Source: Takakia lepidozioides (lineage: Eukaryota > Plantae > Bryophyta). From it: a DNA stretch of 64,000 nt. A model generated the notes under the pieces. It did no database searches and was not told where the DNA came from. It saw only the letters and a program-made list of their open reading frames with translations. Positions within the stretch are counted from its first letter, which is position 1, and each line of letters starts with the position of its first letter. The position numbers and the translations under genes were made by a program. Where the stretch lies: NCBI GenBank assembly GCA_030704615.1, contig CM060731.1, positions 73,346,001 to 73,410,000 of the forward strand, given 5' to 3'. Positions 22,100-34,713 of the stretch are shown piece by piece.

Positions 22100-22892
22100 C
22101 TACGTACCCAGATAATAGGGATCTTTTTGAGGGGGGTGCCAAACAGAAGCATCAATAAATCTTCCAAACCAGGACCAGTAGACGTGATTTCGATCTATCG
22201 GAGGGCCGGAAGATTTGTAGGTGTTCTTGCAGACGTAATCAACAATGGACTGGGCTCCAATCAAGCCAGAGAGAAAAGGCCACAAAGCTTTGGTGAGGTC
22301 AACCAGATCCTCCAAATTGCTTGATTCCTTGAATGTGATGGGGAAGACTCCAATATTCACTGGGTTTTGGAGTGCCTTGGATGGGTCATCGTCGACCAGT
22401 AGAATTTGCCCCTGCCTAGAAAATTCTTTCCCACTAAATTTTACGAGAATACTCTTAATATCTTTAATAAGATATTTCATTCCAAGGTTAATATGTCCAG
22501 CTGTATCTGTGCAAATGCTCGGCAGACCATATGAAACGAAATTGTTTCATAATTTCCGGAGGAACAAAACACTCCAACATCTTGAATACAGTATCTCTCT
22601 CAGAGCAAGACCAAATCGCTACATGAAAATGAGTCAATGCAAGTCGAAGAAACTCCAGCACTCCAGGTCTTGGAAGCACAAATGGTCTTGCGGGCACCCG
22701 ACTTGTTACTTTCCTCAAGTGGAACCTCTGTTTAAACAACTCACCTCCGGTAGGAGGTGGCCTGTAGCAAAGAAGTCCATTGACACTCAGTACCAACAAC
22801 ATGCGTTTGTGTTTCCGGACACCACACATTTCTTGAGTAACAACGTTCTGAACCATCCAAAAGAGCCCATTAGTTTCTGTTATCTGACCCAA
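22100..22892 (-). pseudogene. FCP1/NIF-type HAD phosphatase-like gene 1 (frameshift ~22490; motif I Asp replaced)
   Basis: LLVLSVNGLLC...RPGVLEFL...FHVAIWSCS...KDIK...ILLVDDDPSKALQNPVN. Confidence 0.75.
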
Positions 22893-25560
22893 AAATTAGG
22901 TATTTCCAATACGTTTTGCAACTCAAAAAATGCCACGACATACTTGCGTTTTGTGGTTTACCTAGTTTCTATACCCTGATTTTCAAATGGAATATTTTGC
23001 GAAGGTAATATTTTCAGCATTACGACACCCAATTGAGACTTGAGACAAAAAATCACAATCGGGAGTCTCTGAGTTTCCTGCAACCACGCGCGATCGCGCG
23101 AGGTTACTTTGTGCAAAGTTGTGTCGACAATGTAAATGATAAATGTAATGATTACTAGGAAGCCATAACCAATAAGACAGATGACAAAGTGAAGGAGATA
23201 CTTATTACCTTTGCTAGATTTATCCCCGATTCTGAGGCAGGTTACCACTAGAGGCAGGTGAATGTTGAAAGGATAACAGAACGCCAGATGTTGTTTTTTC
23301 ATCATCGGACACGACCGCCGCTGGCTGCTGTGATCTGTGACGTTTCCTTGATATATGATCATCCGGAATTCTGGGGGGTTGGGGATGTGCAGAAATATAT
23401 GCCGGTCTTGTCGGTGTGTTGACATTAGTCGGCGAATGAGTGAGTTCAATAACCTTCTCGCTGACAGTTGGCAATGGAATTCGGTTTCTTTCTTTCTGCA
23501 CATCCTGAACCGAATTCAAACGGAAAAAAAAAAAAAATTACCTTGGCATACAACCCCACAGAAGTTGTCGCTTCACAGGAAGGTCATACGTTGCAGCTTT
23601 TCTGGCCTGGAGTAAAGAGAGAAAATCAGAGGATGAACAATAACACGGTAACAATAAAACGCATGGATGAAATAGAAATAAATCACCTGACTTCTCAGCA
23701 GCTGAGGTGTCCAGCCCTCGTGATCTGGTGACCCGTTTGGAATTACAACATGATGAGGAGACAGTTGAGAGTTGATACCAATTGTTTGGTAGACTCATGT
23801 AGATGCCCCGTGACAGCGTCTGGTGGAAAGTGTTGGGAGAAGGACGGCTCCAAGGAGAATTCTCCAAGATATTGAGAGTCGTTTTCCACTATGCAGCCAA
23901 CCCCAGTTAAATCATCGGCCCTACTAACTGTGGATTCACCTTTTGACATTTTGAGCCTCAAAATACTCTCCATAACAGCAATGGATGCCTAAGTAGACAA
24001 CAAGTTGTCAGGTCCTTGGAAAGCTTCTGGCCTTATCATTTCTACATTGTCAACAATATCAGACGATATTGTTTCGCCAACATATTGATATGGGCATACC
24101 TGCAAATAAAATATACGTCAACAAAGTTATAAATTTGAGTTGGAAGAACGCGTGATCACGCGTGGTTCCGAAAAGAAATCGACGGACATAAAGGAACAAC
24201 GAATCCATTGACCGTTACATATGGTTTGGCAATATAACAATTTCCATGCAAAGCAAAAGAATATCAGAAGAAGACTAAAATTCCATGGTCTTCACAATCA
24301 ATTTTAAATAGTAAATAGTGTCCACAGTAGGACGCGAATATTTACTTATCATTTACTCGGAAATCACGATATTGTGAATTGTCAATATAGTCAAGAATAG
24401 GCTTGAACTGTGGATCCTTTGTAAGTAAAAAGAAAGTCCTAAATCCATACCTGTACAACTCATTAGTACTCCATCTATACCAGACTGCAGCGGAAGAGAA
24501 AACCTGGTCTAAATGGATTATATGACTTCTTGTTTTGAAGTAGCATGCTAACTGTCTTTCTTAACTATCGTCCCAGGTAGGTGGTCGCATTCCTTTTATC
24601 CTCATCTTCATCTTCTTCTGCCTTTGTATTTGGTATCGTGCACCGCTCGCATATGACACTGCAGAGCTGCTTACTTCATACTTCAGGTGCTATCCTGCTT
24701 TGCTTCAATGCTAACAACTCGATCTTACATGGGTATGCAGACAATCTGGTGGACGGACTGCCCTCTACTACCTGTGATCAACCTCTATTTCTAATCTTCC
24801 CGGCATGTTAGTGGAATCGCTCAAGCTTCATTCTACGTGGATACAACTTGCATGCTGGATCCTATGCTCAATGATCCTTATCACCCCTTATGGTGCTAGC
24901 TAAACATGACCATTGCCTCAACGTTAGTTGCTACATTCCTACTTCAAATCTCACATGATTCACATGCCCCATACTTTATCACAGTGAACGCAATCTTTAC
25001 TTCAGAGCCGAAAACTAGAACAAAAAGAGAGAGATCACCATCCAGTCTCCACTACTCTTATACTTGGGCTGATCCCTAACTCCACCTTATCCCGCCGTCT
25101 CCTTCACGTGATTATTTAATAGCAAGTCAATAATATTTAAGATCCTACAGCTTTTGGACATCAAGTATGGCGGCCACCGGGTCTTATCCCCCTCTGTGCC
25201 ACAGGCCCATCAACTTCTAAAAACATACGATTCCCACGTGTTTTGTTTCTCAACCACTCTTTTAGCTGCATGCCACTTGCTAATATTTAATATGGCCACC
25301 CTGTTCCTAAATTACTGCTGCATCTCCTTTATTTCCGCGATTTCATCCCATCAATGATAATTTGATCTCACATTTCATCCCTCTGCCAACCCGTCATTCA
25401 TCTGGTACTCAATCCATGTTTGAATGAAAAATTGGCGATTTCATCCGCTTCTCCTTAATGAAAAATCGCGACTTCATTGCATCCTTGAGCCCCACAAACC
25501 CTACATGTTTTGTCTATTTCTTGCATGTCTTCCGTGTTTTGCTCATTACCTCCCTTCGAC

Positions 25561-26283
25561 CTACACCTTAACTTTGAAAGGTGAAAATCCTATTCTCCTT
25601 GCTTTCAAGAAGCTTGAGACGTTCTCAAATTTCAAGAAGCTAAGCAAGAAATCTCTAAGTTTGAGAATGAAGAAATCGTCGACGTCGATGTTCTCAAAAG
25701 ACTTGAGAAGAAGACAAGATTCAGGAGGGTTGAACAAACACTTCAAAGCCATATCATCAATCAGCAGAGTGTTACTCTGATTGTAAAAACCTTTAGAACT
25801 CTGCCATACTTTAAGGAGTGGTTTTAAGAACACAGGAGGTTGATCTTGTCCCGTTCGGTAATTTGGGTGCAGATTGCTTGGGCAAATGATACAATCCTCC
25901 TGCGACATGATGAACGCTGGCCGTGGAAGACCACGTAGGAGCAAATCCAGAACGACATTTAAGTTTTTTAGCACCATGCAGCTCCAGATACCTAAAATGA
26001 AGTGCTTGTGTAACTCTTGCCAAACTTCCCGGTGCATCTTCCGTCTAAAGATTTGCCGATACCCAACAATAGCAGGAATGCTGTAATCAGATTCCGAAAA
26101 ACGTGGAGCAGGTCCTCGGCTCTGGCGCTTCGTTATTTTGCATAGCACTCCATTCACGTCAAAAATTATCAAGCGAGGTCCCCTCACAGGTGGAGATCCA
26201 GGCTGTCGGATCTGTGAAGGAGTGATAAAGACACTTAAGTAAATCAAGAAAAGAAGAATCCCATGAACAGATAAGGAACTCAA
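25561..26283 (-). CDS. FCP1/NIF-type HAD phosphatase-like gene 2 (last exon or whole domain)
   Basis: RLIIFDVNGVLC...F.LGIWSC...FLKPLLKVW...NTLLIDDMALKCLFNP. Confidence 0.8.
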   Translation of the reverse strand: MSSLSVHGILLFLIYLSVFITPSQIRQPGSPPVRGPRLIIFDVNGVLCKITKRQSRGPAPRFSESDYSIPAIVGYRQIFRRKMHREVWQELHKHFILGIWSCMVLKNLNVVLDLLLRGLPRPAFIMSQEDCIICPSNLHPNYRTGQDQPPVFLKPLLKVWQSSKGFYNQSNTLLIDDMALKCLFNPPESCLLLKSFENIDVDDFFILKLRDFLLSFLKFENVSSFLKARRIGFSPFKVKV

Positions 26284-26317
26284 TGACCTCAGTATCCCAA
26301 TACATTCTCAAAACTAT

Positions 26318-27075
26318 TCACTTTAATATCCCATGTTCCACTTCCAGGGCCTCTAGGTACTTTAGATGTGCATCCCATTCCTCCTTGTTCTTAGGCCATG
26401 GAAAGTCCCAGTGATTAATGAATTTCACTCTAGCATCCTGAAAGTAGATATCCTTAGGTATTCCAAAAGGGTTTTGCTCATTGAAGGCCCAAGTGTCCAT
26501 TTTTGAATGCCTCAACTTCTCCAGGTGGGGCTTCAGATGACCCATCAGAAAATCATCATTGTATGGATTTACAAGTGCTTCATATTTAGGTAGGAAGATG
26601 ACCAGGCTCAGAGGATTGAGGAAAGACTTATAAATGTTCCCAACGACGTCGATAAGCAGGGTGTTAGACCTGTAGGCTTTAGAGTCGGGGTCTACGAACA
26701 AGTCGTAAAGTCGTTTGAAGTCGATTGGGGCCTTAGGTAGCGTAGGCGATATGTGTTGAAAGTAAGTCTATGTTGCACACATTGGTCGGAACTATAATGC
26801 ATGACCTTGTGGGCGTTCATCCCGAACAAGGCTGATTTGAAATCCACGACAGTATTTTCTTTGCCAGTGTTCCATAAGATGACCCAAAACTGCTTGACGA
26901 CCCATTTGATGAAGTCTCCCACCTCATGTTGCATTGCTAACTTAAATCTTCCAGCGGAGATACAAGGCTGCGTTGCGGGAGGGGTTTTTGGCCCATTCTG
27001 GAGGTAGACCTCACATAGGAACCCGACATCCAAAACCAGGACATAATATCCGGGCTGACATCCATTTGGACCCAT
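26318..27075 (-). pseudogene. Divergent FCP1/NIF-type HAD phosphatase-like gene 3 (frameshift ~26700)
   Basis: VLVLDVGFLC...DFIKW...FWVILWNTG...SNTLLID...KSFLNP. Confidence 0.6.
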
Positions 27076-27797
27076 TGGAACAGCAAAGAAATCGTGGGAT
27101 TGACAGCTTGGGAATAGTCGTGTGGTGGATAGATCATATCATCCTGCCATTAGGAAATAATTATTTAATTCATTGGAAGTTTTTCGCAATGGAATGCAAA
27201 AAGGAAAACAGAAGGCGGAGAATGAAGTACCAGCTTTGGCGGCACTTGCTCCAAGCCGGATGAGGTTTCGCCGCCAATTCCCCTGGCGATGGGTCTTTCG
27301 CCGTCCGGTATGTTTTTGTCGACCCCTCCCATAAGTAACCTCGCGCGATCGCCTGCGGTTTCTGAAGCTGCCACCTTGGGCGACGATATCCTCACTCTCA
27401 AGTCGTATTGTTTCTTCATTGTACGTTGTTGTGTGTCGTTTGTTCTGGTATGTGTCACTTTCTCCATATTGGACTCACGGATCTACAGAAAATGCGGGTG
27501 ATTAGACTTTCGTATAAATTTCGATTCATTTACGAGACTATCACAGAGCAATAGGTTATTAGTTCCATTGGTAAAAGATTTTGATGTTATATCAAGTTTG
27601 TTATAAATTGGGTTTTACAAGTGTCAGGACAGTTCATAATCTGCAATACTCACGTCAACAGAGTTTTGATCGTCGACCAATGCCCTAGATGTCTGACCAT
27701 CAACGATGTCTCTAACTCGTTGGCTTAAACCTTGATATGGTGACATCCGTAATGACATATCCCCCTCCACAGGACTGAATCCCACCCCTGAGTCTAT

Positions 27798-30700
27798 TTA
27801 TGAAATCTCCTTATCGAAGACATCTCTAGAATCAACGTTATCCTTTACATTGTCTCCCCCCACTTCTTCAGTGGAGGAAGACAACACAGTTGTCTCGGGA
27901 TTGTCTCCTTCACCGGTATTTGTCTGGGCCTGTGGATGGTGGCTTTCCTTTGGTACTACCTTCCCTGCTTGTTCAGCTGGTGGAGTTCTGCCTTGCTCAA
28001 TTTTTTCTGTCTCCTCTTGCAAGAAATTGTTGACGGCATCATCGTGTTGGTAGTCACCCTTGTCTTCCTCACCTCCCTCATGTTCTTCATTTTTCTCCAA
28101 CATTTCGTTTCCGTCACCTTCTTCCTGGTTTTGCTCTGTCTCCAAATCTCTTTGTCCGTCGTCTTCATCATCATCGTCATCGTCAACATCATTTCCTTCG
28201 CCATTGTGCCTGTGGGTCTCCTGCCCTCCCAATGTGTCATCACCAACCTCGGTTCCATCCTCATTCTCCGTGTAGAGGAGTGTGTAATTAGCGGCAACCT
28301 TATTCGCGCAGAAATTTTTTTTCAGGTTGTGATTTATATCGAGGACTCGGACGTTCCTAGCCTGCAAAAGATGCAAACCAGAAATTAGAATTAGAATGAA
28401 TATTAATTAGTAATTAGAATGAACGCGTGATCACGCGAGGTTCCAAAGATGTGTGTCGGAAATGGAAATGGAAAAGGAAATCGAATTGGAAATGGAAATG
28501 AAATGCTTACGTGGAGAGCCGATGTTAACATTACGCAAATGTTGATAGCCGCCATCCCTTTGCCACAAAACAAGGACGCAATGTAGTCGCTCGACTCTGC
28601 CCGCAATTCGTGTTCATAAGCGGCACAATCTTTCTCGTGTTCCGTGAGCACAGTGTCCGGAGCCTTAATCATTGGTTTAAGGGGGCTGAACATCAGCACT
28701 CCCTGCAGGTGCTCCTCGTGGTTCTCAATCTGGGCAGCTGTAGCAGGAAATACGTAATCAAGGCACATGAGTGGCATTGAAAATGACTTTGGCCGGCTCA
28801 TGTAAGGGTTGTCGAACTCTCCAGGAAGATACAACCCCTGAAGCAGAATATACTTGTCCCGCCCCTCACCAAACCTTATGTACGAAATCAGATTGGAAGA
28901 GGACCTTTGCTTCGAGAAGAAAACAAATGCATTGGGGCTCAGCTGCTGTTCGAAGAATGCATCGAAAATATTCTTGTAATTTCTTTGCATGAAAATAGTT
29001 GAATCATCGTCACAGACTGTGTTGACGAACACCATTGCGATGTTATCGAAATCCCTCTTTCTCACAATTTTCAACTGTGTTTTGGCATCTGTGAACCTCC
29101 GCTTCCCTCCTATGCACTGGTAATGTGACTTGAAGGTATCCTTGAGGTTGCCCATTTCCTTCTCCATGTCTTCAACCCTTTTCTTACATGAAAGCAAGTA
29201 TTTTATGAAAGCGTCACTCACTTTCTCGGTCTTCATATTCATGTTCACTTTGCTTTTCATGTTTTTGGCCCCCAGTTTCGATCGAAATGTCTCGAACTCC
29301 GACTTGTTGAACTTGTACCTTTTCTTCACTTCGAGCCATTGTGTTTTTGTGTACGGCTCTGGATGCTGCTTGCTCCTGGCATCAAATCCCAATACCACCA
29401 TGACATCATTTATTCGATCGATGTAATCGGACAGACAGAGAATCTTAGGGTCTTTTCCTTTGTAAGGACCACGAACGCAAATCTTCAAGTCCAAAATCTT
29501 CTGCGCAACCTTCTTCATTTGAAGGGGGTTCAATCCTTGGAGTTTGCAGACTGTAAATTTGGTGAGCTGTGATTGTACACCCTTGTGCTTCTTTCCGTTA
29601 ATGTCCAAGAGGTTTCCCTTCTCCCACTCTCTGAAAACCTCCTGCCACTTCTCCCAAACATCGTCATCGCAAAGGACCAAGGTCATGGCCTTCTTAACGC
29701 TAAGCATCTCCAATATAAGTTGTGAGGCTTGCAAAAATTCTTGGTCAACAGGAACAACATGTCAAGCCAACACACAACAGGGACACACAGTTCTAGTGAA
29801 TGTACAACAAAACATGAAATAATAAAGAAAGTCTGAATAATTACCTTCCACTGAACGGTTTCAGATTTGGAAACATTATCGTTGAATTTCCTGGGCTTCC
29901 CCCTCAACTCATAGTACATCCTGGCGTGAGCAACTTTCTCCGGGAATGTTGTGTCGAATTTTTGGGCTTTATTTGGGTCGTTCAGGAGCTTAGAAATCTT
30001 CAGCAATCGATTATTGCTATCTGACCAGAGGATAATTGATGGTCATTCGGCGTAGTAGTCCCTCTGCTCCCGGTCAATAATCTCCTCCACGAGTTCCTGA
30101 TTTGGAAAATGTTACATCGGCATGGAATTGAACTAGAAAAGAGCACGTGCGATCGCGCGTGCTTGCTTATCATGCTATGCATATCTTAGAAACAAGTCGT
30201 TGATGCATCTGATATAATCATCTAGTAGAAACACGCGCGATCGCACGAGAATGATAATGAGGAAACGTAAAGAAATATCCGAAAGATGATTCTCATAGAA
30301 GCAGAGAAGAATATAGAAGCACGCACGATCGCGCGAGGTAAACGTTGATGTATTATACCTTTGCAGCCATAATTGTGTGCTGGCCTCCAATGACGAAGAA
30401 TTTTGAATTGTTAATATCCTTCTGATGCCTTGGTTTCATCGCAGACACCTGGGTTGGCACCTGTTCATTCCTCGGCGCCAGATAGATGGGATGTTTCGTA
30501 TCTAGAATCCGCAATTGGTACAGATGGGCTTTTACTTCATCTTTATGATTAATATTCAACGGACGATACACCATGCTTCTTGGAGCAAGTTCCATCCTTG
30601 AGATGTCAATTGAGATTATGTGGTTGAACCCAAAAGGAAACATGTCTTTGTAGTCATTCTGCAGACTTTGATTCATCGCCTCGCACTTCACCTTGTCGAA

Positions 30701-31350
30701 AATCTCACCAGCTTTTGGCTTCTTGTTGTCATTCATAAATACAATATCGAGCTCTTCTTTCTTTTTCTTTTTCCCGGCTGGCTGCTCCTCCTCATTCTCA
30801 GTCTGAGAGGATCCCGTGTGGACTTCCGTTTCCCTTTACCCTTTGCCACCTTTGCTGCCTCATCGTCTCGTTGTTTTCTGTTGATGTTCCCTGCGCATAG
30901 AGTATATCTTGGAAAATGCTCCAAGCTCATACGAATCCCTGAGCAGTCAGGGCTGCACCACCTTCAGGGAAAGTGAATCTTATCTTTAGAGCTGGTTTCA
31001 TCATTGCCTGTGAACGCGACGAGATTCCAGACAAAAGCCAAACGTCTTTTTTGCTCTACCATCCTCCAATATGAAAACCAGCATCATTGGATTCTCCACG
31101 TCAGACTCCATCTCAACATCTTTAACGTAGCCATAATTAAGCTCCTTCACCTCCGCTCCAATCTTGAAGGAAAACTTCAGTTGGTGGTCAGGAGGTACAC
31201 TCATAGGATTTATTCCTCACTCGGAGATCGTTTGGTTAAGAGTATACAAAGCTACGTGGTCTATACTCACGTTTGGCGATTTTGTTGAGATGAACTCCCC
31301 TCATATCTCCTTGCATACGCCAACCAGGCAATCCACCGGTATGTTTGACT
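27798..31350 (-). pseudogene. Second, highly divergent ParB-like + degenerate MTase-like + acidic-tail multi-exon gene (5' part disrupted)
   Basis: ISIDISRM...YRPLN..H...V...L...HPIYLAP...FFVIGGQHTIMAAK (ParB-like). C-terminal ELRAESSDYIASLFCGKG...|ARNVRVLDIN resembles MTase motifs I-II. D/E-rich last exon. Stops and frameshifts upstream of 30740. Confidence 0.55.
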
Positions 31351-31870
31351 GACCACTGAACATGAAACACAACATTATGTTATCTGGATTAGATATCTCA
31401 TGGCATTATTTCAGGATTGAGAGGGGGGTTGCTATTTCATGAGCCATGAGCCATGAGCAGAGTCGTGAGTGTGGAAAAAAACATGAGCAACACTATTTTC
31501 CGGAAATGAGTGTCCGCGGGAATAGGGTTTAGGGTGCCACGGTCATAGGGGGAGAAGGACCTCCCGATGAAGGAGGTTCGGCAATGTTATTTAGAATTAT
31601 ATATTGAAAGGCAATGTTTCGCAAATGGAAGGGTGGTACTGCTCTGTACAATGGGGGCCCATTTCAGCCTACCAGCCACTTGCAAAATCCACCCACACTC
31701 CCAATCCCAAACGAAATGAGCAATGACGCATTCTCGGAACGATGGACACAGAATAGAATAAAAAGAGGGCACAATGAGGTTTTTATTGATCCACATGAAT
31801 TGCATTTGAAGCACGTCTACTGTGCTGATTGTGCAATCAAATCTTTAGCCCTGTGCCTACTGAATACAAG

Positions 31871-32434
31871 TCACGTTGTCAATGGGACTTCGACTGCTCT
31901 CAGAACTAGCTCATGAGTCATGGGGCTCCTCCAGGTAAAGTCGATTGCAGCCGTAGTACCGCCCCTAGTGATGTTCACCACAATGTCCTGCCCTTCAATC
32001 ATACCACCATCGAATATGGAAATCTTCACGTTTTCGTCGTCCACACCAATGCGAATGTCCCCATACAATGGAGAAGAGGAGCGCACTCCTTCAGGAGAAT
32101 AGGTCTCTCTGATGGAGTCCACCCACGTCCAGTGGCAGCAGTTCCACTGCAACAGCATAGCAGTGCGCCTTCTTTTGCATGGGTGACCGTTGTAGCTGGG
32201 AAAATCGGAATCGAGGATGCGCAGGAGCCACGGACTCCTCAGACCAAGATCGTCACCCCGCTCGAAGGCGTAGTGGCCTAGGATATACTCAAAAGCCACC
32301 AATGTTTCCACAATCGAACCAGTATCTTCTCTGTAATCTGTGTACCAGATAACAATGTCTCCCAATGTGGCCGAATACATTGCATAATCGATGCCTCCAA
32401 ATGGGCAGTCGTCCCGGTTCCGGAAGCACGGCAT
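31871..32434 (-). CDS. Orphan cargo paralog A, copy 2
   Basis: Open ORF nearly identical to 15171-15734. Confidence 0.75.
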   Translation of the reverse strand: MPCFRNRDDCPFGGIDYAMYSATLGDIVIWYTDYREDTGSIVETLVAFEYILGHYAFERGDDLGLRSPWLLRILDSDFPSYNGHPCKRRRTAMLLQWNCCHWTWVDSIRETYSPEGVRSSSPLYGDIRIGVDDENVKISIFDGGMIEGQDIVVNITRGGTTAAIDFTWRSPMTHELVLRAVEVPLTT

Positions 32435-32988
32435 CCTTGCAAAGGAGGACCTGAGGACGACTTGGATGCCGATGACAATGACCTTGCGGACAGCTACGAA
32501 GCCCTTAGATTTTGGAAATGATGCGAAGCGGAAGAGCAGTCCGGCCTCCAATAATGGAGCATCTGGGTCCCACGTACCCACCGACGGAGGTGGAACGTGT
32601 TCATCATGCCAGCGGTGGATGAACCCATACATCTTTCTCATCAACAAGGTATAGTTTGAGATCTGCCACCGAAGTCCATCCCCCCGGATGGAAATTCGGC
32701 GCCGCATTTACATCGAAGAAGGGATGGACTTCGTCGTGTCCAGTGGCTATCGGCCCACCTGGCAGTGACTGCCCATAGTTTGCATGGCAGGGTAGGAAAC
32801 TGAAACGGCTACATTCATGCAACAGCCAATCTTCATCGGTCCAGGATCCTGTAGGGGGGAAATTTAAATGTGCCCTGGAGTGTTTGTGAGGAATTGCAGC
32901 GTTAGTTTGAACTTTTTCCAGCCACCGCTGCTCCTCCTCCATCCGGGAGCTGCTGTCATTGAGCGTACTCCGCTACTCTTTTTCAAGG

Positions 32989-33567
32989 ATGCCGTGCCGC
33001 CGAAATCCAGCCGACTGCCCTTATCATGGCCACGATTATGCTATGTTCAAACTAGAATCAGGAGACATCATTGTCTGGCTCTCTGTTTTCACAGACGCTG
33101 CTGGAATCAAGCAAGAGTCTTTGCGCGCAATGGAGTATCTGGAGGGCTATTACCGCTTTGAGCGAGGTGAGGGCGAGGGTCAATGTGGTCCGTGGGTCCT
33201 GAAAATTGTTGACCTCGATATACCAAGCTGGAAAGGGATGCCGGACAGATCACGCACGGCCTCGCTTTGGCGCTGGAACTGCTGCCAGTGGACCAGGGAG
33301 GACGGCACCGGGGAAAACTATATACGTGCAGATCACTCCACTCTTCCAGTGTATGGAGACATTCGGCTGAGTTGCGAAGACGAATCGCACGGGCACATGA
33401 GGCCCACAGTGACCTTGTCAATGTATGATGGTGGTATCATTGATGGACATGACATTGTCGTCGGCTCCAGCAAGGGCAGCAGAACGACCAAATTGCAGTT
33501 TACCTCGAGGTGCCGCAGCAGTAATGAGCTTGTTTTGAGGGGTATCAAAGTTCCGTCGACTTGGTGA
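32989..33567 (+). CDS. Orphan cargo paralog B, copy 2
   Basis: Open ORF nearly identical to 14050-14628. Confidence 0.75.
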   Translation: MPCRRNPADCPYHGHDYAMFKLESGDIIVWLSVFTDAAGIKQESLRAMEYLEGYYRFERGEGEGQCGPWVLKIVDLDIPSWKGMPDRSRTASLWRWNCCQWTREDGTGENYIRADHSTLPVYGDIRLSCEDESHGHMRPTVTLSMYDGGIIDGHDIVVGSSKGSRTTKLQFTSRCRSSNELVLRGIKVPSTW

Positions 33568-33823
33568 AGCCCATGTAGAAGGAGGAAGGGCTTAGTTTTG
33601 TCTGCAGTTGGTAAATGTGAGACATCGTGTCCGACCAATAAACCCATGGTACCTCACTTCTGTATGATTGTGTTTCATTCTGTTGAATAACTGTCGGAAT
33701 TGGCCCACTGTTTACAATTTGATGTCTCATTTCTACAATGTGTCTGTCCGGATGAATATACCAGAGTAACCGGTATGAGAGTCATGTGTCAAGAATATAC
33801 CAGAGTAACGCCATGTCGGCATT

Positions 33824-34575
33824 GAAATGCGGCACCGCATTTCCTTGTCCGACATGGAAATGCGGTGCCGCATTTCAATGCCGACATGGAAATGTATGAA
33901 CCGTATTTCAGTGTCGGACAATGGAATGCGGTGCATCATTTCCGTCCAGGTACACGAAATACCAACACGGGTCTATAAATTGGACAGACAACGAGGTTGG
34001 CATTGCAAATGCGGCGACGCATTTCCAGCTTGGCAATGGAAACTTCTTTTTGGACAAGGGAATGCGGTGCCGCATTTCCGTCCAACACTTCGAAAAGTGT
34101 GACATTTCCGACCAGCGCGATGGAATGCGTTACCGCATTTCCGTGAGTGGGTCTGCAAATGGACAAATTGCGATGTCCGTTCTGGAAATGCGGCGCCACA
34201 TTTCGATGTCCGTCATCGACTTTTTTTTGACAATGGAATGCGGTGCCAATTTTTGCTGATGGGCCTGCAGTTCGAACAACGACCATCCCCAATATGGAAA
34301 TGCGGCACCGCATTTCCAATTCCGCCATCTCGACCTCCTTGTTCGACCTCTGTAAGCGTGGTGGCATCCATGCAATGAGCGGGAGAGGCCAAAACTGGCG
34401 TGTGGACAAGGAAAATTTTGGAAATGCGGCACCGCATTTCCAATTCAGATTACTTTTTACTATGCCAACATTGAAATGGAAAATTTAGTCCCTCCCCTGT
34501 TTTGGAAATGCGGTGCCGCATTTCCAAAAGAAGTTTTTAGAGTTGCCAAAATTTTGGAAATACGGTGCCCCATTT
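33824..34575. repeat. Palindrome cluster 2 in MULE copy 2
   Basis: Repeated GGAAATGCGGYRCCGCATTTCC. Confidence 0.9.
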
Positions 34576-34713
34576 CTGATTTTGGGAGCGTCGTGGTTTG
34601 GGCAATTGTGTGGCTGGAATGCACACTGGAGAGGGGTCACGAATGTCGGGGAGAATTTCCTTTATATACTCTGGAAGAGAATTTACATTCACAGAGACTT
34701 CATTAATATTCTA

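Larger units (their letters stand above)
20596..30337. repeat. Ten dispersed copies of palindrome CACGCGYGATCRCGCG(W)G
   Basis: At ~20596, 21104, 21541 (perfect 18-bp CACGCACGATCGTGCGTG), 23082, 24148, 27337, 28423, 30142, 30231 and 30320. Confidence 0.85.

Noticed and set aside
24540-25560. Compositionally distinct segment, possibly a solo LTR or other insertion
   Set aside because: Could not identify TG...CA ends or a TSD.
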